A stretch of 63,632 nt of DNA, filler included, from 8 parts of 8 records of this genome joined end to end with filler, not necessarily neighbours in it, one strand, 5' to 3'. Shown: positions 1 to 10,620, numbered from the whole stretch's first letter. Numbers and translations: made by a program. Notes: generated by a model not told the origin, from the letters alone.

Positions 1-276
1 GAACGCCTTGGGGTGGCCCATCTGGAAAGCGGGGGCATAGTCGAGTTCGCCGGCCTGCCGGGCGATGGCCTCGACGATGCGTGGCCGCGCGTGACCGGCA
101 TTGACGCACCACAGGCCCGCCGTGCCATCGAGCACCTGCCGGCCATCGGAGGTGGTGTAGTGCATGTCCCTGGCGGCCACGAACATGCGTGGCGCCTTCT
201 TGAACTGCCGGTTTGCCGTAAAGGGCATCCAGAACGCGCTGAGATCGTTTGGCGCAACATTGGACGAAGTGGACAC
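1..276 (-). CDS. omega-amino acid:pyruvate (beta-alanine) aminotransferase, class III PLP; 5' part, truncated at window edge
   Basis: My translation from GTG at 276: MSTSSNVAPNDLSAFWMPFTANRQFKKAPRMF...LDGTAGLWCVNAGH...FQMGHPKAF; not in ORF track; divergent from rutR. Confidence 0.9.
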   Translation of the reverse strand, partial: MSTSSNVAPNDLSAFWMPFTANRQFKKAPRMFVAARDMHYTTSDGRQVLDGTAGLWCVNAGHARPRIVEAIARQAGELDYAPAFQMGHPKAF

Positions 277-349
277 GAACGCTCGCTCCCGTTGAATTTG
301 GCCTGGCCTCGTTTTGGGTCTTGACGCGGCGGTCCGAACCCCGGAAATT

Positions 350-365
350 TTGACCAGTTGGAAAA
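350..365. promoter_or_regulatory. RutR operator
   Basis: TTGACCAGTTGGAAAA vs RutR consensus TTGACCAnnTGGTCAA (2 mismatches), in the aminotransferase/rutR divergent gap. Confidence 0.75.
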
Positions 366-400
366 ATGTTAGCATCCCTACACATTCCCGCAAGGCGAAA

Positions 401-1138
401 ATGTCCGGAAAAAAACTCAAAGCTGTCGAGCACCCCCCGGTCAGCGCCAAGCGCCAGCACAAGGCCGATGCCAAGGCGGCCGCGACCCATCCGCCACAAC
501 GGCAGCGCCCGCTGACCCGCATCCAGAAGGAAAAGCAGGACATCATTCTCGAAGCGGCGCTGGAAGTGTTTTCGGTGCATGGCTTCCGCGGTTCGACCAT
601 TGACCAGATCGCGGAAGTGGCCGGGATGAGCAAGCCGAACCTGCTCTATTATTTTCCGCGCAAGGAAGAGATTCACCGCCGGCTGATCGCCGCCCTGCTC
701 GACACCTGGCTGGCCCCGCTGCGCGACTTCGACGAGAATGGCGACCCGTTCACGGAAATCCGCTCCTATATCAGGCGCAAGCTGGAAATGGCGCGGGACT
801 TTCCGCGCGAAAGCCGACTGTTTGCCAATGAAATGCTGCAGGGCGCACCGCGCATCAGCGAGATGATCGAGATCGATCTCAAGGCATTGGTGGACGAAAA
901 GGCCAAAATTTTGTTGACCTGGATGGACCAGGGCAGGCTGGCCCGCACCGACCCGTATCATTTGATCTTTTCGATCTGGGCGACCACGCAGCATTATGCC
1001 GATTTCGACGTGCAGGTGCGGGCCGTCCTGGGCAAGGGGCGCAATGGTGAAGGGCGATTTGAGGATGCGGCGCGCTATCTCGAACAGCTGTTCATGCACG
1101 GCCTGTCGCCCAAGCCGCGCGTGAACGGATCAGCCTAG
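401..1138 (+). CDS. rutR: TetR-family pyrimidine utilization regulator RutR
   Basis: TetR HTH (GFRGSTIDQIAEVAGMSKPNLLYYF) plus RutR C-terminal motifs (ESRLFANE, IFSIWATTQHYADF); ATG 401 chosen. Confidence 0.88.
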   Translation: MSGKKLKAVEHPPVSAKRQHKADAKAAATHPPQRQRPLTRIQKEKQDIILEAALEVFSVHGFRGSTIDQIAEVAGMSKPNLLYYFPRKEEIHRRLIAALLDTWLAPLRDFDENGDPFTEIRSYIRRKLEMARDFPRESRLFANEMLQGAPRISEMIEIDLKALVDEKAKILLTWMDQGRLARTDPYHLIFSIWATTQHYADFDVQVRAVLGKGRNGEGRFEDAARYLEQLFMHGLSPKPRVNGSA

Positions 1139-1155
1139 ACCCGCCGCAACGGCAT

Positions 1156-2229
1156 TCAGGCGCTTTGCGCCAAATGTTCCGGCCGGGGACCGTCGCCCGC
1201 CAGACTGTCGCGCGGTTCGGGCCTGGTCTCGCCGGCAAAACAGAACGCGCCGCCATCGTGGCGCTTGGCTTCGTAGAGCGCCCGGTCGGCCTGTTTGAGC
1301 AGGGCCGCGGCCGGCTGGCCAAGACCATTCTGCACAATGCCCAGGCTCATGCCCACGCTGACATTCCAGCCCACCGAGGCGAGCGGCGCGCCGATGGCGG
1401 CGATGCAATCGCGCGCCAGGTGGACGAGATCCTTGCGGTGATTGCGATGCACGATGGCGACGAATTCGTCGCCGCCGATCCGGGCAAGAAATTCGCCCGG
1501 CAGCAATTGGGCGGCCAGTCTCTGAGCCACTTCGATCAGTGCCAGGTCGCCGGCATGGTGCCCGAACAGGTCATTGACCGGCTTGAACCGGTCAAGATCG
1601 AAAGCCAGCACCGAAAAGGTCCAGTCGCCAACGGCGAGCCTGGACAATTCGCCTTCGAGCGCCAGACGATTGGGCAGGCCGGTCAGGTGGTCGCGCAGCG
1701 CCTGGCGTTGCGCGGCGATGCGCTGATGTTCGATGCGCCGCACATGGCCCAGCATGGCCACGAGACACGCCAATACGCTGCAGATCAGCACCAGCATGAG
1801 CGGCACGCGCAGCGGAGCATAGGTATTGAACAGGTAGAGACCCGGCCGCTCGGCGGTCCAGGTCAGGAAATGGCTGCCCAGCGGGCCGGAGAGCAGCGGC
1901 AGGGATTGCTGATATTCGCCCGCTGCGGCAGCAGGCGAAAGTGCAAGATTGCGCAGCCCGGCCACCTGCCCCAGGCGCTCGACGGCGGGCGCCACCTGAT
2001 CTTGCGGCAATGCCACCAGGATATCGGCAATCTGCGCGGCCCGCGCGCGCTCTTCGGTCATGGAGATGGTGTCAGTGGTCTGCATGACATGCAGGGTCGA
2101 GGCGACCAGCACGGCCCCGGCCAGCAGGGCGCCCAGAAACGCGCCAAGCACAAGCCGCCGGATAGGCGCCAGTGCCTTGGCCGGGTCGGACTCCGGCAAA
2201 GTCAATAATTTGTTAATTTTCGCGTCCAC
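1156..2229 (-). CDS. membrane-bound diguanylate cyclase (GGDEF)
   Basis: Two TM segments around a short periplasmic region, DHLTGLPNR, DLDRFKPVNDLFGH, intact GGDEF; start uncertain (GTG 2229 or downstream). Confidence 0.85.
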   Translation of the reverse strand: MDAKINKLLTLPESDPAKALAPIRRLVLGAFLGALLAGAVLVASTLHVMQTTDTISMTEERARAAQIADILVALPQDQVAPAVERLGQVAGLRNLALSPAAAAGEYQQSLPLLSGPLGSHFLTWTAERPGLYLFNTYAPLRVPLMLVLICSVLACLVAMLGHVRRIEHQRIAAQRQALRDHLTGLPNRLALEGELSRLAVGDWTFSVLAFDLDRFKPVNDLFGHHAGDLALIEVAQRLAAQLLPGEFLARIGGDEFVAIVHRNHRKDLVHLARDCIAAIGAPLASVGWNVSVGMSLGIVQNGLGQPAAALLKQADRALYEAKRHDGGAFCFAGETRPEPRDSLAGDGPRPEHLAQSA

Positions 2230-2300
2230 TGCGCAGACCCTGCATCCAAGCCCATCCTGACCCGGCAATAGTTGGCAAGTGGTTAGCGCGACATGTCTTT

Positions 2301-2690
2301 TTACATGTTCGAAGTTTCGGGCCTCACCAGCGCCATCAGGGCCAGCGGCCGCTCTTCTGGATCGGCAAAGAACGCCAGCCATTCCTCCGCGCCATCGGCA
2401 TGCCGGTGCACAGCATGCGGCGGCTGGAGGAATGCGACCCCCTTGGCCACCAGATCGGCATGAGCCGCCTTGATATCGGCAACGCGGAAATAAAGGATCG
2501 ATTCGGCTCCGGCCTCCTCGCTTTGCTGCAAATAGAGCCTGGTGCCGCCGGCATCGAAAAACGCCATGCCCTGGGCCTCGACCAGCAGGGGCAGGCAGAG
2601 CACATCGCCATACCAGGCCTTGGCCGCGGCAATGTCCTTTACGGTGCGGGCGATCTGGCCGATGGGGCCCAGAAATGCCGCCTGGGTCAT
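2301..2690 (-). CDS. VOC/glyoxalase family protein
   Basis: C-terminal 129 aa of the track ORF: IGQIARTVKDIAAAKAWYGDVL...LYFRVADI...AFFADPE; GGAG RBS before ATG 2690. Confidence 0.85.
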   Translation of the reverse strand: MTQAAFLGPIGQIARTVKDIAAAKAWYGDVLCLPLLVEAQGMAFFDAGGTRLYLQQSEEAGAESILYFRVADIKAAHADLVAKGVAFLQPPHAVHRHADGAEEWLAFFADPEERPLALMALVRPETSNM

Positions 2691-2813
2691 GTCATGCTCC
2701 TCCATTTCTGCCACAGTATAGACCGGCTTCGCATTTGTGCCGCAACGGGCCCTGCACACGCCATTAACGCGTGCCGGGCCATGCTTGGCGCCAGGACGCA
2801 GAGAGAACCCATC

Positions 2814-4604
2814 ATGCCACAGCCGCGCACAAGCACACTGGGCCGCAAGGACTGGTTGTGGCTCGTGGGGGTCTGGGCGCTGGTCGCGACCACCCTGATC
2901 TGGCGCAGCGTAAACGGCCATGCCGGCATGCCGCTGTTTCTGGACACCGATGACGCCATGCGCATGGTGGTGGTGCGCGATTTTCTCGACGGACAGGGCT
3001 GGTACGATCTGGTCCAGCATCGGCTCAACACCCCATTTGGCGCCGAAATCCACTGGTCGCGACTGGTCGATCTGCCGCTGGCCGGGCTGGTCTGGCTGGC
3101 GCGCCAATTCACAGATCTGAGACAGGCCGAATGGGTGGCCGGAATGGCCTGGCCGCTCTTGCTGCTTGGCGTGCTGCTCTGGCTCAGCGCCCGCACGACG
3201 CTGGAGCTGGTGGGGCGGCCCGGCTTGCTGCCGGGGCTGGTGCTGCCGATCCTCAGCCCCGCGATTCTCTCCGAATTTTCGCCCGGCCGGGTCGACCACC
3301 ACAATGTCATCATCGTTTTGACCATGGCCACGCTGCTGGCGAGCCTCTTGGCGCTGCGCCGCTCCGGCGCTGCCTGGATCGCCGGGATGTGTGCGGCGCT
3401 GGCGCTGTCCATCGCGCTCGAAGCCGTGCCGGTCATGCTGGCCGCAATCCTGGCCTTTGGACTGAGCTATGTCGCTGACCCGGCTCGCGCCGGCAATCTG
3501 ATGCGGTTCGGGCTGGGCCTTGGCGGCGGGTTGGCGGGCATGCTGATGCTGGCCCGTCCGCCCGGACGCTGGCTGGAGGCGGCCTGCGACATGATCTCGC
3601 CGGTCTATGTGCTGGCGGGCGCGCTGGTGGGGCTGGTTTTTGTGGGTATTTCCCTGTTGCCGCCCCCGCGCCGCGCCTGGATGCGGCTGGCGCTGCTGGC
3701 CGGGCTCGGGCTTGCCGCCAGCGCGGTGGTGGTCCTGGCTTATCCGCAATGCCTGGGCGGGCCCTATGCGGCGCTCGATCCCTGGCTGCAGGACAACTGG
3801 ATCGGCGCCATTATCGAGGCCAAGCCCTGGCACGCCTCGCTGCCCGAATTGCCGGCCTATGCCATCACCGTGGCTGCACCAGTCTTTCTGGGGCTGATCG
3901 CGGCGGCACTGGCCTTTCGCGCGACACCGGAAAAGCGATTTGGCTGGCTGACGTTGCTGGTGTTTCTGGCGCTCACCACCTTGGTCATGCTGGCGCAAAT
4001 CCGGGGGGCGCGGCTGGCCATCCTGCCCACCATTCCGGCTGCGGCCTGGCTGATTGCGGTGGCGCAGCAGCGCTATCTGGCTCATCGCACACTGCTGCCC
4101 GGCCTGTCACTTGCCGGGGCCTGGTTGGTGTTTTCCGGGATGATCCTCAGCGTCGTGGTGTCCAGCGTCGTCAACTGGTTGCCCGACGGGCGGGCGCAAT
4201 TGGTCAGCGCGACACGGGCCAGCAAGCTGCCCTGCCTTGTCGGTGACGCCTTTGCCGATCTGCGCGGATTGCCGCCGGAACGCGTGATGACGCCGATCGA
4301 TCTGGGCGCCCATCTGCTGCTTGAAACGCCGCATGGCGTGGTGGCCGCACCCTATCATCGCAACCAAGAGGGCGTGCTGGACGCCTTCCGCTTCTTCAAT
4401 CAGCCGGTGGGCGAAGCCCGGCAGATTGCCACCGACCGTGGCCTGGGGCTGCTGGTCACCTGCCCGGCCATGCCGGAAATGCAGGGCACAGGGCTTGGTG
4501 AGCCCAATACCATTTTGAGCCTGCTGGCCGCCGGCACGCCGCCGGACTGGCTGGAAGACGTCTCGCTTGATGGGCCGCTAAAGGTCTATGCGATCCTGCC
4601 GTAA
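2814..4604 (+). CDS. polytopic GT-C membrane protein, STT3/AglB oligosaccharyltransferase-like
   Basis: Many hydrophobic segments; DTDDAMR, WYD...PFG..IHWSRLVD, GRVDHH, IIEAKP, soluble C-terminal domain with TPIDLG. Confidence 0.7.
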   Translation: MPQPRTSTLGRKDWLWLVGVWALVATTLIWRSVNGHAGMPLFLDTDDAMRMVVVRDFLDGQGWYDLVQHRLNTPFGAEIHWSRLVDLPLAGLVWLARQFTDLRQAEWVAGMAWPLLLLGVLLWLSARTTLELVGRPGLLPGLVLPILSPAILSEFSPGRVDHHNVIIVLTMATLLASLLALRRSGAAWIAGMCAALALSIALEAVPVMLAAILAFGLSYVADPARAGNLMRFGLGLGGGLAGMLMLARPPGRWLEAACDMISPVYVLAGALVGLVFVGISLLPPPRRAWMRLALLAGLGLAASAVVVLAYPQCLGGPYAALDPWLQDNWIGAIIEAKPWHASLPELPAYAITVAAPVFLGLIAAALAFRATPEKRFGWLTLLVFLALTTLVMLAQIRGARLAILPTIPAAAWLIAVAQQRYLAHRTLLPGLSLAGAWLVFSGMILSVVVSSVVNWLPDGRAQLVSATRASKLPCLVGDAFADLRGLPPERVMTPIDLGAHLLLETPHGVVAAPYHRNQEGVLDAFRFFNQPVGEARQIATDRGLGLLVTCPAMPEMQGTGLGEPNTILSLLAAGTPPDWLEDVSLDGPLKVYAILP

Positions 4605-4610
4605 AGGGCG

Positions 4611-4644
4611 AAAAAGGGCACCCCGGCAGGCCGGGGCGCCCTCT
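4611..4644 (-). terminator. intrinsic terminator after msrA, possibly bidirectional
   Basis: AAAAAGGGCACCCCGG-CAGG-CCGGGGCGCCCT hairpin between convergent genes. Confidence 0.7.
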
Positions 4645-4669
4645 GATAGATGGTGATCCTGACGGCGCG

Positions 4670-5326
4670 CTATTCTGCGGCCACCCCGGTGCCGATGGGG
4701 CAGCTCACGCCGGTGCCGGCCAGCCCGCAATAGCCATTGGGGTTCTTGGCCAGATATTGCTGGTGATAGGTCTCGGCAAAATAGAACGGTCCGGCCGGGG
4801 CGATTTCGGTGGTGATCTTCCCGAGTCCCCTTGCATCGAGCGCGCGTTGATAGGCGGCGCGACTGTTCGCCACGATGTCTGCCTGTTCGGGCGTGGTGGT
4901 ATAGATCGCCGAGCGATATTGGGTGCCCACATCATTGCCCTGGCGCATGCCCTGGGTCGGGTCATGCTCTTCCCAGAAGCTTTTGAGCAGGGTGTCGAGG
5001 CTGATGGCAGTCGGGTCATAGACCACCTTGACCGCCTCGGTATGGCCGGTGCGGCCCGAGCAGACCTCTTCATAGCTCGGATTGGGCGTATGCCCGCCCT
5101 GATAGCCCACGGCGGTGACATAGACGCCCGGCAGTTTCCAGAACAGGCGCTCGGCGCCCCAGAAACAGCCAAGGCCGAAATAGATGGTTTCAGCCCCGGC
5201 CGGATAAGGCCCCTCGAGCGCGTGGCCATTGACGAAATGGTCCGGCGCAACGGGCATCACCTCGTCGCGGCCCGGCAGGGCCTCGGCGGGGGTGGGGATC
5301 GTGGTCGGCTTTTGACGGAAGAACAT
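4670..5326 (-). CDS. msrA: peptide-methionine (S)-S-oxide reductase
   Basis: GCFWGAE catalytic motif, [31 protein letters not shown]. Confidence 0.97.
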   Translation of the reverse strand: MFFRQKPTTIPTPAEALPGRDEVMPVAPDHFVNGHALEGPYPAGAETIYFGLGCFWGAERLFWKLPGVYVTAVGYQGGHTPNPSYEEVCSGRTGHTEAVKVVYDPTAISLDTLLKSFWEEHDPTQGMRQGNDVGTQYRSAIYTTTPEQADIVANSRAAYQRALDARGLGKITTEIAPAGPFYFAETYHQQYLAKNPNGYCGLAGTGVSCPIGTGVAAE

Positions 5327-5392
5327 GTGTTGCTCCTTTCAGCCCTCTATTCGGTGGCGACCGCAAAACGGTTACGCCGGCTCAGATATGGA

Positions 5393-5716
5393 TCAGATCT
5401 GCTCTTGGCGCAGAAAGCGTTCGCGGCGCGGCCGGCGACCGGCCAGCGCGATGACAATACCGGGAAGGCCCAGTACGGCAAAGGCGGGATAGGTCAGAAG
5501 CGCCTGCATGGTTGCATCGAGCAGATTGGCAAAAAAGCGGCTTTCGAAAAACCCGCTGACCGCCGCAAGACTTGGCGGGTGCAATTGGGTCCAGGCCTCG
5601 CCCAGGCTGGTGAAAACAATCGCATTGGCCGCCAATGACTTGGTGCCATCAACGACAAGAAGAACCAGCGCCAGGCCAATCAGCCAGGTGCCCAATATTC
5701 TCAAGACAAGCCGCAT
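5393..5716 (-). CDS. small membrane protein of unknown function
   Basis: 107 aa, two hydrophobic helices, basic tail, same strand as msrA. Confidence 0.75.
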   Translation of the reverse strand: MRLVLRILGTWLIGLALVLLVVDGTKSLAANAIVFTSLGEAWTQLHPPSLAAVSGFFESRFFANLLDATMQALLTYPAFAVLGLPGIVIALAGRRPRRERFLRQEQI

Positions 5717-5984
5717 CTATATTCCCTGTGCCTGACTTGACCAAGTCGAACCGGCCATGGTTCGTTCCACTGTCCGGCACAAACGCCTTGTGCCATGCAG
5801 AAGGGCGCACCACAAGCTGCCGGTTGTTTGGCCAATATCGTGATCGGGGCCGTCAAAAACAATCGGGGACGCGCCAAAGTGATCCCTTGCGCCGCAAACG
5901 ATGATGAGTATATTGCGCCTCGCTCGCTGCGGCCCCCAGGGGACCCGCGATCCCGGCCTTTCCAGACCGGGCATGAAGCGATGC

Positions 5985-6013
5985 GGAGAGGTGGCCGAGT
6001 GGTCGAAGGCGCA
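5985..6013 (+). tRNA. tRNA-Ser, 5' fragment truncated by contig end; anticodon not visible
   Basis: GGAGAGGTGGCCGAGTGGTCGAAGGCGCA is a tRNA-Ser-type acceptor/D arm; TTGCGC...TATATT promoter at 5887-5914. Confidence 0.8.
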
Positions 6014-6113
6014 NNNNNNNNNNNNNNNNNNNNNNNNNNNNNNNNNNNNNNNNNNNNTTAATTAATTAANNNNNNNNNNNNNNNNNNNNNNNNNNNNNNN
6101 NNNNNNNNNNNNN
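6014..6113. other. artificial contig spacer
   Basis: N44-TTAATTAATTAA-N44 (stops in all six frames). Confidence 0.99.
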
Positions 6114-6114
6114 T

Positions 6115-7110
<996 letters not shown>

Positions 7111-7155
7111 TCGGTGATACTGCGGTAATGGCTGGGTAGGAAGGTAAGGCAAGGA

Positions 7156-8097
7156 ATGGGGCGTAGACCGGCATCATTTTCCCGTGTCGCCCAGCCTGTG
7201 CGAACCCTTTGGCAGCGCTTTGCCTTTACCGCGCTCGTCCTCGCGGCTTTCGGGCTCATGTTGCTTGGAAAAGCGGACATCGTTGTCGTCAAGCGACTGC
7301 AGATCGCTGCTGTCGATGCTGTCACGCCTATCCTCGATGCGCTCTCCCATCCCGCCGCGGCTGTGTCGCAAGGTGTGGAAACGGCTCTCTCTCTAAGGGA
7401 TTTGCACGCGGAGAATGAGCGTCTGCGTGAAGAAAACGGCCGCCTGAAACAATGGCAGCATGTTGCCCACCTGCTGGAATCCGAGAACAAGGCCCTGAAG
7501 CGTCTGACCCATCATGTTGGGCCGCCGCCTGTCAGCTATATTTCCGCCCGCGTGATCGCTGAGGCGGGCGGCCCGTTCGTGCGCAGCGCCCTGTTGAATG
7601 CGGGGCGCCGCAGCGGTGTGCGACGAGGGCAGGGTGTGGTCTCGGAAGACGGTCTCGTCGGGACCGTCGTCGAGGTTGGCGAGCTGCATTCGCGCGTGCT
7701 TCTGGTAACGGACCTCAATGCCCAGATTCCGGTCCTGATCGGTGCGGCGCGGGAGCCGGGTATTCTGGTCGGGGACAACACGAACCATCCGCGCATTCTT
7801 TATCTGCCGCAGAACAACCGGGTATCTCCCGGCGATCTGGTGATCAGCTCCGGCCATGGTGGCATGCTGCCATCCGGCCTGCCCGTAGGCACTGTTTCCT
7901 CCGTCTCTGAAAGCGGTATTCGTGTTACGCCGGTGGTTGACTGGACCCATCTCGAGTTCGTTCGCATCGTCGATTACCGGATGCAGGGTGTGATCCCCGG
8001 TCCGATGGATCCGCCGCCCTTTACCGTTCTGGCACCGGACCCGGAGCCGACCCTGGTTGAGCGGCTGGGCGTGACCCGCGGGAAGACCGATAGATGA
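7156..8097 (+). CDS. mreC: rod shape-determining protein MreC
   Basis: N-terminal TM, coiled coil (ENERLREEN), GLVGTV, SSGHGGMLPSGLPVG; operon position. Confidence 0.95.
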   Translation: MGRRPASFSRVAQPVRTLWQRFAFTALVLAAFGLMLLGKADIVVVKRLQIAAVDAVTPILDALSHPAAAVSQGVETALSLRDLHAENERLREENGRLKQWQHVAHLLESENKALKRLTHHVGPPPVSYISARVIAEAGGPFVRSALLNAGRRSGVRRGQGVVSEDGLVGTVVEVGELHSRVLLVTDLNAQIPVLIGAAREPGILVGDNTNHPRILYLPQNNRVSPGDLVISSGHGGMLPSGLPVGTVSSVSESGIRVTPVVDWTHLEFVRIVDYRMQGVIPGPMDPPPFTVLAPDPEPTLVERLGVTRGKTDR

Positions 8098-8603
8098 AGA
8101 CGAGTTTCGTCCAAAGAATGGATCTTTGGGCGCGCCATCTGATGCCTGCCGTGACGACGTTGCTGCTGGTGCTGGTGAGCGCGGTGCCGCTGGGCATTCC
8201 GGGATATGCGCAGGTTTCGCCTGCCTTCACGCTGATGGCTGTCTTTTACTGGGCAGTCTACCGGCCCGACCTGACCCCTCCCTCCGTGGTCTTCCTGACC
8301 GGGCTGGCCGAGGATCTGGTGCATGGCTATCCGCTCGGTCTGACCGCTATTATCTTTCTTGCCGTCTATGGTGTGACGACGACCCAGCGACAGACATTCC
8401 TGACCAAACCCTTCTTCATTGCGTGGGGCGGCTTCGTCATTATTTCCTTCGGCGCGTTCCTGCTGGACTGGACGCTCATGTCCCTGTTTTCGCTGGCATG
8501 GATCATGCCGGACACGGTGTTGGTCCGTTTTGGCCTGACAGTGGCGCTTTTCCCGGCCATGGCATGGCTCTTCGTTCGCGTTCACCGCTATCTGGTGCGA
8601 TAA
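8094..8603 (+). CDS. mreD: rod shape-determining protein MreD
   Basis: Hydrophobic 169 aa, FYWAVYRP...GLAEDLVHGYPLG; ATGA overlap with mreC. Confidence 0.93.
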   Translation: MKTSFVQRMDLWARHLMPAVTTLLLVLVSAVPLGIPGYAQVSPAFTLMAVFYWAVYRPDLTPPSVVFLTGLAEDLVHGYPLGLTAIIFLAVYGVTTTQRQTFLTKPFFIAWGGFVIISFGAFLLDWTLMSLFSLAWIMPDTVLVRFGLTVALFPAMAWLFVRVHRYLVR

Positions 8604-8604
8604 T

Positions 8605-10617
8605 ATGCGGATGAAGAACCCAAAGGATCAGGATACCAAGCGGGCCTTCACGCGGCGCTCGTTGATACTCGGCGCAGGCCAGCTTGGCCTGGTGGGGGCT
8701 CTTGGCGCGCGGCTCTACTATCTCCAGGTGGTGGAAGCGGACCGGTACAAGACGCTTTCCGAGGAAAACCAGTTCAATCTGGAACTGCTGCCGCCGACCC
8801 GTGGTGTGATCCTGGATCGCAACGGTATTCAGGTTGCGTCGAACGAGGATAATTTCCGCGTCGATCTGGTGCCGGAGCAGACCAGCGATGTCCGTGCGAC
8901 GATCGATGCGCTGCGTCAGGTCGTCCCGGTCGATGACTGGAATGTGAAGCGGGTTCTGAAGGAAATTGCCCGCAAGCGCAGTTTCGTGCCGGTGACCGTG
9001 GTCGAGAACCTGACCCGGGAGGATATCAGCCGGGTTGCGGTCAACGCGCCTTATCTGCCCGGTATCCGGATCGAGGAGGGGCGCTCCCGGGTTTATCCGT
9101 TTGGTTCCAAGGCGGTGAATATCACCGGTTATGTCGCGGCGGTCTCTGATACTGAATTGACCGGCGATCCCGTGCTGGAGTTGCCAGACTTCCGCATCGG
9201 CAAGAGCGGCATCGAAAAGCTCTACGATCAGGAGATGCGTGGCTCCGCCGGCCGCCGTCAGGTCGAGGTGAACGCGCTTGGCCGAATCATCCGGAAGCTT
9301 CCGGGGGACGAGGGCCAGCCGGGCAAGAACATCCGCCTGACCCTGGATATGAGCCTGCAGGTCTTCGCCCATGAGCGGCTTGAGCGTGGCCACGCGGAAC
9401 GGGTTCCCATCGCGGATATCCGGGTGCAGGAAGCCCTCGCACGATCCGGTGTGCCGAAGCGCTATCTCGAAAATGACGACGGGACGGTGTTCCTCGACAA
9501 GGGCGGCAACATCGTGCAGGGCGAGAGTGGCGCCGCGATTGTCATGGACGTTCATACCGGTGAGGTTTTGACCATCGCCTCGACGCCCGGTTTCGATCCG
9601 AACAATTTCAACAAGGGGCTGAGTGCCCGGGACTGGGAAAACTTGCTTTCCAATCCCCGCCATCCATTGACCAACAAGGCGATTGCCGGAACCTATCCGC
9701 CCGGCTCGACCTTCAAGATGATCGTGGCGCTTGCCGCGCTTGAAGCGGGTGTGGTGGGGCCGGAAACCCAGGTCTACTGCAACGGTCATACGGATCTCGG
9801 CAATGCCCGCTTCCACTGCTGGAAGCGCTGGGGCCATGGCAAGATGGATGTCATGGATGCCCTTGAGCAGAGCTGCGATGTTTATTTCTACGAGGCGGCG
9901 AAACGTGTCGGTATCGACCGGATCGCGGAAATGGCGCGCCGTTTCGGTCTCGGCGAGACTCTGGAGATCGAGCTGCCGGGTGAGCGCAACGGTCTGATCC
10001 CGACGCGGGAATGGAAACTCGCGGTCCGTGGCGAGCGATGGCAGAAGGGGGAGACCCTGATTACCGGTATCGGACAGGGCTTCGTCCTGGTGACGCCGCT
10101 GCAGCTCGCGGTCATGACCGCGCGGCTGGTCAATGGCGGATATGCGGTGAAACCCACCCTGATCCGCCGCGAGGAAGGCGACGGGCCGGTTCCGAAGATG
10201 AATATTTCGCGCGGCCACCTTGCGTATGTGCTCGAAGGCATGCGGCGGGTGGTGAATGGCGCACACGGCTCGGCACGGAGTGCCAAGATCCCGGATTCCG
10301 GCTTTGAGGTCGGCGGCAAGACAGGAACCGCGCAGGTCCGGCGGATCACCAAGGCGGAACGTGCGACGGGCGTGATCAAGAACGAGGATCTTCCCTGGCG
10401 TGAGCGGGATCATGGATTGTTTGTCGGTTACGCACCGGCGGATGCGCCGCGCTATGCGGTTGCGGTCGTGCTGGAGCATGGCGGCGGTAGCAAGTACGCG
10501 GTGCCGATAGCCCGGGACATTCTTGCCCGGGCGATGACCGCCGACGGGTTCGAGGCTTCAGAAGCCGAGCCGGTGGAAATCCTGCCGCAAGCTCAACCTG
10601 AAACGGATCAGGGCTAA
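8605..10617 (+). CDS. mrdA: penicillin-binding protein 2
   Basis: RGVILDRNG, YPPGSTFK (SxxK), SCD, GKTGTAQ. Confidence 0.96.
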   Translation: MRMKNPKDQDTKRAFTRRSLILGAGQLGLVGALGARLYYLQVVEADRYKTLSEENQFNLELLPPTRGVILDRNGIQVASNEDNFRVDLVPEQTSDVRATIDALRQVVPVDDWNVKRVLKEIARKRSFVPVTVVENLTREDISRVAVNAPYLPGIRIEEGRSRVYPFGSKAVNITGYVAAVSDTELTGDPVLELPDFRIGKSGIEKLYDQEMRGSAGRRQVEVNALGRIIRKLPGDEGQPGKNIRLTLDMSLQVFAHERLERGHAERVPIADIRVQEALARSGVPKRYLENDDGTVFLDKGGNIVQGESGAAIVMDVHTGEVLTIASTPGFDPNNFNKGLSARDWENLLSNPRHPLTNKAIAGTYPPGSTFKMIVALAALEAGVVGPETQVYCNGHTDLGNARFHCWKRWGHGKMDVMDALEQSCDVYFYEAAKRVGIDRIAEMARRFGLGETLEIELPGERNGLIPTREWKLAVRGERWQKGETLITGIGQGFVLVTPLQLAVMTARLVNGGYAVKPTLIRREEGDGPVPKMNISRGHLAYVLEGMRRVVNGAHGSARSAKIPDSGFEVGGKTGTAQVRRITKAERATGVIKNEDLPWRERDHGLFVGYAPADAPRYAVAVVLEHGGGSKYAVPIARDILARAMTADGFEASEAEPVEILPQAQPETDQG

Positions 10618-10620
10618 GCC

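Noticed and set aside
2691-4085. 594-aa VOC fusion ORF
   Set aside because: Upstream part is antisense to the GT-C gene; RBS and ATG at 2690 define a 129-aa protein
6058-6069. TTAATTAATTAA palindrome recurring seven times
   Set aside because: Synthetic six-frame stop linker flanked by Ns; not biological
8503-10479. Long antisense ORFs (e.g. 8503-10479, 33561-35297, 25671-27044, 47624-48913)
   Set aside because: Shadows of well-supported genes in high-GC DNA; no motifs
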